64,000 nt of DNA from Haliotis cracherodii (Eukaryota). Location: NCBI RefSeq assembly GCF_022045235.1, contig NW_027266308.1, forward strand, positions 57,536,001-57,600,000, in the 5' to 3' direction. Within the stretch, counting starts at the first letter, position 1, and the number at the start of each line of letters is the position of its first letter. This document shows, one piece after another, positions 49,396 to 60,678 of this stretch. A program made the translations under genes and the position numbers. The notes below the pieces were generated by a model. The model was not told where the DNA came from. It searched no databases and was given only the letters and a program-made list of their open reading frames with translations.

Positions 49396-50882
49396 AAATG
49401 AGTTATGAAAGAAATACAGAAACTGTGAACTGATTGAAGATAGTTTACTGTCCACTCTCACACTCCACTCTGAACTATATACAATCCACACACAGTGCAC
49501 AGCTACTATGTCGGTACTCCAGATGGTTAGGATCAACACAATAGACAAACCTACATAACAAGATATCAACCGGCTAGCCAGACACAGACCACAGCAATTA
49601 ATTGCAGACAGCATGGATTATTGCTTTTATGTACAAAAACAAAAAATAACATTCTGTCTACAACAATGGAAATTAACACAAGGACCCATCACAAGTGGAT
49701 TTAACAAAGGGCAAATGAAATAAAGTAAGCCACTAGCACCGTTTGCTAACAGTTTCATAAATTATTGATTAATCAATTTTGAGCAAAATACTTCATCAAA
49801 TACAGCAAATAGAAAGTCATAGATGTTGTCACAGTTTCACCCTAAAGTAAAGGCTAGTACAAGTTCTTTACAAGGAGTCCCCATGATTTGTGATGGCGTA
49901 GTGTTAATTCCCACTGCTTGACTGCAAGGCCTGGCCCTGAATATCATCATCACCTCCAACACAGTGGCAGCACTATTCAGCATGACAATAAACAAGTAAC
50001 TGACAGAGACACCATAGACAAACAATCTCATGATGCCGTAAGGATTTTATGTGACATGTTCAAATGAAAAATCTGATACTGATACTGGAGCTAGTCTCAT
50101 TAAACACCTTCACAGGTTCAGAAGGTACAAACAAGGTTGATTAATAAAAACGTGAGGGAGTTAGTCATTCTTTTCCTTCCTGCAGTTGTGTTAAGACTGG
50201 AGATACTGAAATACAGGATCACAATGGGATAGTGCTTAGAGGGCTTTACCTCTACCCACTGATTCCATTTTCACCGATTCCATAGACACTCAATGTTAGA
50301 AATGGTAAGAAATAGCATGCAGCATGATACCATACCTAGGTTCTGGTGATTGCAAGCGCTTGGGACATAATTCAAGACATAATACCATATCACCAATTTA
50401 GATCCATGATCCAGGTCTAGTAAGATAATACACAGATCAGTACATACATTCTTAAAAGAATTAAGTCACACTTCTTAAAAACATTTAGTCAAATAATGTA
50501 TAAAAAATTCTCAATAATTGAAAGGTATATCCTAAAAGCATTTATGTGATTTAATGTTAAAATTAATAGACGCAAGAAAACATGATCAAAATTGTTACAA
50601 ACAAAATGGCCGTGTTCTCTGAGATCACATGACAAGTTGACCCAAATATTCATGACCAGAAAAACACCTCTAGTCGTGAAAAATATTGACAGGCTTCTCT
50701 AGAATCCATCTGACACTTGTGCTAAGTATCAAACTCCTATACAGAATATTGAATAAAACAAAGACTCTTGAAATCAGTCATGAATACACATAACCCTGGT
50801 GTTGGTATCTCCTGACCCTATTACTGTCCAGTCATTTGCCAGAAGTAATACTCAACCCTATGGAGAATGTCACTGTATTCAA

Positions 50883-51195
50883 TGAGTAGAATTTATGACG
50901 CTTTCTGCACTATTCCAGTGAGTGAGGTTTTACACCGCTTTTAGCAATATTCCAGCAATTCCAGCGGGGGACACCACAAATGGGCTTCACACATTGTACC
51001 CATGTCGGGAATCGAACCCGGGTCTTCGACGTGACGAGTGAACGCCTTAACCACTAGGCTAACTGACCGCCCGCACTATTCCAGCCATATCACAGCATGG
51101 AGACAACAGAAATATTTTGCACCCACATGGGAAATCAAATCCACATCTTCAGCGCAACATACCAACATTTAACCAATAGGTTACCCCACCACCCC
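50883..51195 (-). mobile_element. Young SINE A (50919-51072) nested in an older SINE A copy
   Basis: TSD GCACTATTCCAG at 50907 and 51073 splits a diverged copy of the same family. Confidence 0.8.
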
Positions 51196-51904
51196 TATAT
51201 ATTTAGTAGGTATACCCAGTTAGTAAAATAGCCTTGGTCTGTCTGGTTGAACTTGGATATGTGGATAAGCTAGCTAAACAGGCCATAAGAATTTTGACAA
51301 GTTATCACATCTAGCTGTTGCTATTATGAAGCTCTTGTTTCACACTGTATATAACCCCATCAGTGTGGGGACCCATCCCTCAAACTTGACCAGGATAAGC
51401 CAGATATCAAAATGACCACCCCAATATCACAAGGAAATATCACTCAATGTAAACATGGTAAAGAAGTTGGCTGGCTAAGGTGCTTACACTTAACAGATCA
51501 GGCTAATTCAGTATGTCCTTGTTTTACAATGAGTCTGTCATTGGAAATAACATATCAACAAATATCTGATCATGTTGACTGATCTCTTTGCTACCCCTTG
51601 AAGACAAATAGCAACAACAATATACTGAATTGTTAGTCATCAACTTAACAGAGAATGAGTGTCATCTTATTTCCCTCTAGGATCTTTGCTTTAAAGGCAA
51701 GAATCGGTAAACAAGAATTAGAACTGGTCTCAGTACCACTGACAAATGTTTCCACTCATAGTTTGTTTTCAAAGATGGGGATGAATGTTGATCAAACGCG
51801 ATCAGGAAGAACAAAGAGTTCAAGCACTTTTGTGTATAAGTCACCTACAACCTACAGGCCGACACCCACAGGATAAGAATACCATATTATGAAGCAAATC
51901 ACAG

Positions 51905-51999
51905 CAATCTCCTCAAAACAGATCTTTTACTCTGATTTGATACCTCTCTTCGGAGAGAGGTATCAAATCAGAGCAACAAATCAGATTTAAATATGATTG
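51905..51999. mobile_element. Mini fold-back element with 9-bp TSD
   Basis: Perfect hairpin CTCTGATTTGATACCTCTC-TTCGGA-GAGAGGTATCAAATCAGAG; AAATCACAG on both flanks. Confidence 0.65.
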
Positions 52000-52273
52000 T
52001 AAATCACAGGGAAACACAACACTACTGCATGGTTCTGCCTTAGTATCTATAGAAGATCATATTGTCATCATCTGATATGTACAAAGTCAATGAATACATA
52101 GTATAAAATATGTAAAACTACAAACTGAACAACATCAGTATCACATAGCATATCCCAGTATAGCAAGTCTTGGACAGCTGGTCACTGTCTGCGATAGAAG
52201 TAATGGCCAACATTTGCATACAAATTGATGTATAAAAACCTTCTGAATTAGCCTAACAACAAAGTAAGGGATT

Positions 52274-52382
52274 GGGCCCCGTTCCTCAAAGCGATCTTAG
52301 CACTAAGGTGATCGTAAATTCCATACTTTCTCATAGGGTTACGATCATCGTAGCGCTAAGATCGCTTTTAGGAATGGGGCTC
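52274..52382. mobile_element. Palindromic PIF/Harbinger-like MITE
   Basis: GGGCCCCGTTCC..AAAGCGATCTTAGC / GCTAAGATCGCTTT..GGAATGGGGCTC; related copies at 45717-45931, just after the 7TM-kinase stop codon. Confidence 0.65.
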
Positions 52383-53661
52383 TGGTCATTTATCATGGAG
52401 AAGGTAGGGGAGTCAGTGAGATTAAGGAGGTTTCGGGATCATGAAAAAATGACACAGCCAAAGCGGGGGAGGGGGGTCGCCAAAATTTATCTGGGGTGCA
52501 TGAAAAAATGACATAGTTCTATTTTTTCAAATATTTTTTTTTTTATAAATTTGAACATTATTTAGGGACTGGTCATTGATTATAGGGATGGGGGGAGGGG
52601 GCATGAACAAAAATGTCAAACATGTTTTGGGGGTCATGAAAAAATATTACCTAAAACGGGCGACCAGCAAGATATGATAGTCCTCTGACTAGTATCACCC
52701 ACTACTACCCCACACCACACCACCACACCACCGCAAAAAATGACCTGTCTCAATACCATGTGGTTTATCAGCAGCTGAGCAGAGACCTGTGAGAATTATT
52801 ATCATAAGAGTTTGTGATGACAGAGGAGCAAGCAACTACACTGACACACAAAAAAATGTCATCAACTTTAACTCAAAATCAGAAAAGATGTGGTTTTGTA
52901 CTCAAGTCAATCGCCAAACAAATCGAATGAGATTCAAACCCAAAGGCGACATTGGTATGTTTGATTATCTCATGCCTAAATACCCAGAATAACCTGATTT
53001 GAAAAAAAAATCAAATGCGAGTTTTCAGAGTGTGATTTCTTACATTATTGCAAAATTGTTTACTCTTCCGCTTGATAGAGCTGCAAATATCAGTAAAACT
53101 GCTGTTGTGGTGTTAAGTAATAATCACTTAGTCAATAATCACTCTCACTCACAGGTCCCTGGACATAGATGACAAAAGCTTGTCATGACAACTGTTCAAT
53201 TGATACACATTATTATTAACACCTCTCCATCAATGTTAAAAATATTTTGTTCATCAATCTGCTAAATATACATGCATGATACAAGCTGGCATAACCTAGC
53301 TATGGTTTCTAGCATAAAAACAAGTAAACGGCAGTCATGCACTCATTTGGTTCATTTGTATGGGGCTAACATAACATTTCCTTATGTCCATCAAGAATTG
53401 AGCAGTTTACAGGTTTCATTTGGTGCAATGATTGGAGTGTTTTGTAGATGTTTCATAATTCTGTGTTTAATTTGAATGTGCCTTGATAATATTTAGAGCT
53501 CTTGATACAATGCAATCCCAGCACTATACGATTATTATGAACTCGGTTATTTCTAACCCTATGGGTAATAAAAAACAATACTTCAAAAATATATAAAAAA
53601 CTAGTGCTATAAAATCTGAAATCTATGAGCCATGCATGTAAGCAAACCTTATTATTTTCAT

Positions 53662-54443
53662 GCTCCAACTTGCCCCATTATAACACAAGCTGCACCTGAA
53701 CTTCACAGCACCACCTGCCCCTTCATAACACAAGCTGCACCTGAACTTCACAGCACCACTTGCCCCATTATAACACAAGCTGTACCTGAACCTTACTGCA
53801 CCACTTGCCCCATTATAACACAAGCTGTACCTGAACTTCACAGCCCCACTTGCCCCATTATAACACAAGCAGTACCTGAACCTCACGGCACCATTTGCCC
53901 CATTATAACACAAGCTGTACCTGAACCTCACGGCACCACTTGCCCCATTATAACGCAAGCTGTACCTGAACTTCACAGCACCACTTGCCCCATTATAACG
54001 CAAGCTGTACCTGAACCTCACAGCACCACTTGCCCCATTATAACGCAAGCTGTACCTGAACTTCACAGCACCACTTGCCCCATTATAACGCAAGCTGTAC
54101 CTGAACTTCACAGCACCACTTGCCCCATTATAACACAAGCTGCACCTCACGGCACCGCTGCCCCACTTCACAATCTGTCCCTGAATGAGTACTCAGGGCA
54201 CCACTGCCCTGCTTTAACACAATCTGCCCCTGAAGCTCACAGCACATCTTGCCCTGCTATAACACAAGCTGCCCCTGAACCTCATGACACCACTGCCCCC
54301 AATAACACAATCTGCCCCTGAAGCTCACAGCACATCTTGCCCCGTTATAACACAAGCTGCCCCTGAACCTCATGGCACCACTGCCCCCAATAACACAATC
54401 TGCCCCTGAAGCTCACAGCACATCTTGCCCTGCTATAACACAA
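53662..54443. repeat. 45-bp minisatellite downstream of the BTBD9 stop
   Basis: Unit CACTTGCCCCATTATAACACAAGCTGTACCTGAACTTCACAGCAC, with diverged units at the right end. Confidence 0.92.
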
Positions 54444-56570
54444 GGATCACATGCCCTTAAACTTCAGAGAATACATAAATAACACACCTGATTCAACAAC
54501 ATTTGTTGCTGAAGCTGGTATTATCACCTTGGGTTGGTTAGTTAAAGCTCATCTGATACCAACATCTATCTACAGGCAACATGTCCTGCACTACAAACAT
54601 CATACAATCAATACTGGCTTATCTACAGCTCACATAGTATGGCATGGCACAACGAATCTTTATGACTGAAATGAGAGAAATAAATAGTGTTTTGACATCA
54701 TGTAAACCACAGGGACTATATACAAGAAACTAGTAACAATTAATACACTTCAAAAACAAATAAAACACATAACCTCAGACCACTTAAATATACACCTTCA
54801 CACAGCGAATACATTATGTGACATTTAAGTCAATAGGATAAAAAATTTGGCTGTGCTTTGCTATATTGTATATGAGTACGGATATTGCAAATATCAAAGA
54901 AGGGTGCATAATACTTCAATTAATGGACCTCTAATCTAGAGATTTAAGAAAGGATCGTGGCAGTATTCAATACAATATATTATTAGGAACTTGTAGTCAT
55001 GCTTTCAAAATCTGCACCACTGGGAACTCACCCTCGTCTTCTACAGGATCACTGCAGGGAACACCACAATTTGAAGTTTTTCAACTTAAGTAAGCCCAGA
55101 AACTCATTTACCTTGCATCAATTTAACATGGTGTACCTGAAGTACATGCCCTTCAACTTCACAGTGCACATGGTTTTGGAACAAGGGGCATAACTCTGTT
55201 GTGCCATACCAAGGTATAAAAAAATGTAGTTTGACAAGCAGTGTCGCCACCCCTGCAAGGTCAGAGTTAAGTAAAGATTCATTTCACAGAATGGCTGATT
55301 TGTTTAGTGCCATACCTTCAAGGCAGGCAACAATGTAATGGATGACTGGCTGCAGTGTTTCAAATGACAACAGAAACTGTATGAATGTTATTCGTAATCA
55401 GCATGACCTAACATATCACAGTGTCCATCACTCACAATGCGTGGACCCCAGTCCCATCAGACGATCCTTGTGACAAAACATTAGAAGCATGGCACAAACA
55501 TAAAAATATGCATCGGTGGTTGTGAGCATAGAACACACTTCTTCATACAATAGACTCTTCTTATACCAGCCTAACTGAATTCTAACACCTTCCATAAACC
55601 AACCTCCATGTTATCCAACACTCTTCTCCAACAAGCCTCCTGTCATCTGAAGCTACTTTAAAATCATATTTGAAAATCATTTGGATCCATCCATGATTCA
55701 GCAATATCACGAAAAGAAATCTGTTTATCTTGGCATGAAGCTCTCTCAACAACTACCTTCCCCACGAGAGGCTGGTTTCATGTGAGTCCTCTTTATCTTC
55801 TACAATCCACAATGCTGGGAGAAATCTTCCTTTTCTTCGCAATCAGTCTGGGAAGTTTTCTTCACCACTCACTTGGCACTCTCATATCACAGTCTCTCCC
55901 TACACAGCAATCACTGATACAACAGGTGTTACCTCACTGACTGACAACTATATATACAAAGCTCTGCAACTATGTAAGACATGTCAGTGACAGTTTGTTA
56001 TAACACACTACAGCCAATATGATTGTCACAACCTACAAAATGGTTGATAACTGATAATAACTGATATATATAATATATTTTTAATAATGGTGTATTTGTT
56101 CTATGTATTCTTATCCAACACAAAAGCACCATTCATTGCCCTCCTTTCCACCTCATTTCCTTCCCTCCCCACCTCCCCCACAGCCCTCACCCCCAAAACC
56201 CGTTCACTCCTAGTCCACTGAATCTGTCCCCTTTACAGTCAGCAAGCCTAACCTCCCCACCAAAACAAACCATACACCCAGCACCTCACCCGTGTCCTCC
56301 CCTAGTCATTGAATCCCATCCCCAGTACACTCATTCTGTCAGCAAGGTTATCCTGCTCTCCCCCCAAAAAACCCATCCCACCTGTGTTCATGCCTCATCA
56401 TTGAATCTGCCCCCCTCCTCCCTGTCACCCTTACAGATCCCCCCCCAAACACCTAACACCACCCACCTTAACCGTGTTCATCTCTCGTCATTGAATCTGC
56501 CTTTCTCCTCCCTGTCACCCTTACAGCCAGCAAGATTATCCCCACCCCTCCCATACCCTCCCACCTACAG

Positions 56571-56961
56571 TCAGTGCTCCACATCCATCCGATCAGCTTC
56601 GGGTGCATCTTGCTGTGAGTAGTCTGGTCCTGCGTAAATGTCAAGAACAGGGTGCTGTGGACTGCGGCGAGGGCTCCTCTGGGATCTGTTTGGGCTGATG
56701 CCCTGCCCCCCCTCCGCTCCCTGGAGCCGCTGGGGGCTGGGCTGACTGGAGGGAGCATTAGACACACTGGGGCTCGGGGGGCTGTTCGGGGGACCCACAG
56801 TGAGCGAGACATTGGCTACAGAGTTGCTGAGAGAGCTGAGAGAAGTATCGGCTGGACATTCAAAGTGCACACAGTGGAACACTTCATTTGCGGTGTTGTG
56901 AGTGCCAACAATCCTGACAAAGGCAATTGGTTCAGGTTCAAAGGTGATGGTCTGCCAGGAT
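56571..56961 (-). CDS. BTBD9: BTBD9 last coding exon
   Basis: cttcag|A TCC TGG; SWQTITFEPEPIAFVRIVGTHNTANEVFHCVHFECP, then a Ser/Pro-rich tail and stop at 56571. Confidence 0.93.
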
Positions 56962-59684
56962 CTGAAGTGAAAGGGAAAACATGATACTGTGGCATGAGAA
57001 AGTCTGAGTGTTGAAAGTTCAACAGCAACTGTGTGTTGAGAACTATCGGAATATAATCTGTACACTTGAAATCTCATCACCTACATTTCAACTTTCCTTT
57101 CAATATATTTTTTAAGTAGTCAAAAATAAATTTCAAGGGCACTTAGAATGAATGTGACACATTCAGATAACAGTCAATTTAAGTTTAAGCTCAAGTTAGT
57201 CTGTTACTTCCAACTGGAGCAAGTATGCCCACATGTCGACCTGGAACGTACTTGCATGCTTCTCTCCGTTTGTCAGACACCATGTGCCACTTCTGCTGGT
57301 CTGTAGACACTTCCACGTAGTAGCTGTAGCTGCGGTCGTCACAGTCCCACAGCAGCAGCCTGACACACAACACACGTCTTACAAGCAGAGTAGGGGATTA
57401 CATTTCAACGTTCTTCGTTTGAAAAAGCAATCAATGATCAATTAAAGATCAACCTTGCCAATGTGAATAGAACAATCATACAGTTAGGGCATACTTTTCA
57501 GTATCCTTCATGTAAATAACAATAAACTAAACAGCAAATCTCTCACAGCATTACCTTTCTGTACTCAACACAAACACATGTACTGAGAATCACTGCAACA
57601 GCAGTAGGCTTTTTGTTTTACAGCAGCCTGTAACAATCAAGTCTGGGCCAGACAAACCAATGGTTGACAGCATGAACAACTTCTACAACATCAGGTTACA
57701 TCACACAATCAGCAGTGACAAGGCCTGACCACCCAATCGCCATGGTGGTCGACTTCTGAGAATTATGTTCCCCATAGATATCCTCTCGGGGTAGCAGTAG
57801 TAGAACCAGAATTTTATAAAGGGGGTGCACATAATACCTAAGTCATGAAGTGACTTGTCCAAGGACCCAGTTAACATGACTGGTTTGTTAAATCTTTATT
57901 AGAAATTATGACTTTTTCAATACAATTATGTGTTTCATCTTATATTATTGAATATCTGCAAGTACCGGTACAGTCATGCAGTCCAACTTTGTGGTGTGTC
58001 GTTACCTTTCACTTCCTGGTTCAGCTTATCTACGGGTCATATCATGTTCTTTCATATTTCACTGGTCAAGTTAATACCTCAGCTTATCTACAGAGTAAGG
58101 TGCCTGTAAAAGGAGTGGCATCCCTGTACCCTTGATCCACCAGCGGTTAATACCGTATTCGACGTAATAAGCGCCCAGGGCGCTCTCAAAATTAGAAATA
58201 GGGGGCTCTTATTGGAATATCATTTGGTGAAAAAAACAGAGTTGAAAGTTCGTAAATTTCATGGTTTATGCTGACAGCCTGAAAGGTTTATATACGACAT
58301 ATATATTTTTCCAGGATTTAATTTCCCATAATTAAGGGTGCATATAACACACGAGTGCGTATTATACACAAATAAATAAGTCTTGTGTACATTGATCGGA
58401 AGGGGTGCCAATTGAGATGGTTCACTAGCCAATATATTAGCAAATATCGCTGTGGGCGCTTATTAGAGCAGGGCGCTTTTTACGTCGACTATGGTACATC
58501 AGTGTGTAAACCTTCCAACTGCCCGGTGACAGCAGGGGTTCAGCTTTGTTAGCTCACCTCATAGACTGGATGATGTATGGCTGAGCAAGCTGTACGACGA
58601 TGGCGCCGCTCCCCAGTTGGTGACAGGTGTAGCCCGAGTCCCAGTCATAGTGCCGGGTGTCGCCATTGATCAGTGCATTACGACTCCGACTCACTCCCTC
58701 GATCACACACGCACTGTGCTTTATGGTGGCCACATTCTCAGAGGGAACTGAAACAGCACAAACACACACACATGGACAACTAGAGTCAGTAAGACATACA
58801 TAATCACTCAATTTGTCAAAGACCACCATTTACAATAATTGGTGAGTTGGGTTTAACGCTGCTTTTAAGAGTATTCCAGTTATATCATGGCGTATCAGCA
58901 TAATGTGGGAGGAAAGCCCGAAGTGATGCAGGTCTCAGACGTTTCCAACTTCCGTGAAACCCATGAGCACGGGTATGGGGCTGACAAACCTAGAAAGATA
59001 ATCGGGGCGAACCGGGATTCGAACCCACAATCATAGGTTTCTGGCGTGTCCAAGGGACGCAACTCTGCACTGGGAATCGCAGCGCCTTAGACGACTGGGC
59101 CACTCATGCCCCCCATTTGCAATAAATGTTTTGAGGTATCTTCACACAAGCAAGAAAGATTTCTCCCTATGTAAGATGTGTATCGAGGGCCAGTAGACAT
59201 TCCATACTGTTCAAAGTGACGTTAGACCCTACTCACTCACTCACTCACTCACTTATTACATTTATCTACACTGTTAGCACTAACCCTATGTTTTTCTGAC
59301 ACAATCAGACATTTACATTTTCAGGGATAATATTTCCTCAACAGAGTGAAACATGAACAATCTGCAAAAGTCTTATCATGGCCAACAACAAAAATTTTGG
59401 TCAAATTGGCAGTGAAATTGAAACAAGATTCAAATTTAGTTGTATTTTTAATTTTCAGTTTGGCAACACTTCTTAAGACTTATCTTCATTTTGTTCAGCG
59501 ATATCGATGTATTCAGCCAACCAATGAAATGTCATAATGATGCAATGATGCATAGGCCGCATGCGCCAACTTACCCACAAGTCCTCCGCTGAGTTGGAAG
59601 GGCTTGCTGGTGTACAGACACTCAAAAGACACTATATGAAAGACACGGTTTACTGTATTGTGGGTCCCAACAATGCGGAGGTAC
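56571..59684 (-). CDS. BTBD9: BTB/POZ domain-containing protein 9, 3' part: complement(join(56571..56961,57252..57359,58558..58747,59575..59684))
   Basis: Peptides RYLRIVGTHNTVNRVFH, SRSRNALINGDTRHYDWDSGYTCHQLGSGAIVVQLAQPY, LLLWDCDDRSYSYYVEVS and SWQ..IVGTHNTANEVFHCVHFECP are the tandem discoidin/F5-8 domains of BTBD9. Splice phases match. The 5' exons lie beyond the window. Confidence 0.95.
57252..57359 (-). CDS. BTBD9: BTBD9 exon
   Basis: gtcag|G CTG ... TGC AA|gtacgt; LLLWDCDDRSYSYYVEVSTDQQKW. Confidence 0.93.
58153..58494. mobile_element. pogo/Tigger-like MITE in a BTBD9 intron
   Basis: TA-flanked; reverse complement of the 2091-2417 interior. Confidence 0.8.
58558..58747 (-). CDS. BTBD9: BTBD9 exon
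   Basis: tttcag|TT CCC ... ATG AG|gtgag; PSENVATIKHSACVIEGVSRSRNALINGD. Confidence 0.93.
58841..59114 (-). mobile_element. SINE family C in a BTBD9 intron
   Basis: Full reverse copy with B box GGTTCGAATCC, flanked by a CATTTRCAATAA duplication. Confidence 0.85.
59575..59684 (-). CDS. BTBD9: BTBD9 exon (end of first F5/8 domain)
   Basis: ttcag|G TAC CTC ... GTG G|gtaag; YLRIVGTHNTVNRVFHIVSFECLY. Confidence 0.92.
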
Positions 59685-59754
59685 CTGAAGGAAACAACAC
59701 AGTCAAGTTTGATAACCATCATATCCATCGATACAAAAAGTAGTGTTAAGAAAA

Positions 59755-60064
59755 TTGTAGAATTTTCCTATTCGGAATATTCTATAAGTAATACGTTACC
59801 ACTGTTATACCGAGGCTGTTGTCTCCCACAACTGCTGCTATAGCGAAATCTACCACAGAGATCTCAATTACCTCATGCAGCACGTGCGTAGCCACCTAGC
59901 TGCCATGTGACACCCTTCACTCTTGTCTCCTGCGAGAGCAAGTGCTCGGGGGACGGACGGGCGGGCAGCAGCCCAGTGGTAACGTATTACTTATAGAATA
60001 TTCCGAATAGGAAAATTCTACAAATTACATTAAGTAATACGTTACCACTGTTATACCGAGGCTG
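59755..60064 (-). repeat. DIRS 3' ITR and internal complementary region (ICR)
   Basis: Perfect 50-bp inverted repeat 59755-59804 / 59974-60023 and 34-bp direct repeat 59785-59818 / 60031-60064. Confidence 0.85.
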
Positions 60065-60678
60065 ACTACCACAGTAGGCGGTGGGGAGCACCTACAACCC
60101 GAATCCTGACTGCTAGCGTTCCTTCCGACCAGCGGAAGTAAACACCAAGGCGGAAGCACTCGATGCGCATGCACCTAGCTAGGCGTTACCCTATAGGAAT
60201 ACCAAAGCACTGTCAAGCGCATACCGTAAGGCTCAATCGTCATTGCCAAAACGATTGGTGACTCCAAACGGCCCCACTGGATAGGTATTTCATCGCCGCA
60301 GCGGATGAGAACACTGTATCCGCGTGAGCTAAATCTTAGATCAGGTTAAACAGTCGAAAAGAGGGAAATTAATTTCCTTCAGACCGTATATCCCAGAGCA
60401 AGCCTACTTAAAGTATGAATTAGGCGCGTGACCTAATTCCAGTATTCGTAAGCATGTATCGCAAGGTTGGAATACACGACAGACAATTAAATGCATAATT
60501 GTCAAAATACAAATAAGGACAAAACACACAAAAAGCCGCCTCACCTGTGGTGTGAGTGCGCTGGTTTGCAGGACCCCCACTCGTGTACCCACGGCGTGGG
60601 AACATTGGAGACGACCCAGATTGACCACCGTGCAAGGACTGACGACTGCGGAGTTTGGAATTGCGCTGGACACCCCCC

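Noticed and set aside
53623-54321. 229-aa mucin-like ORF (TTCPIITQAVPELHS)n and its antisense ORF
   Set aside because: Product of a 45-bp minisatellite, open on both strands, with no signal peptide or splice context.
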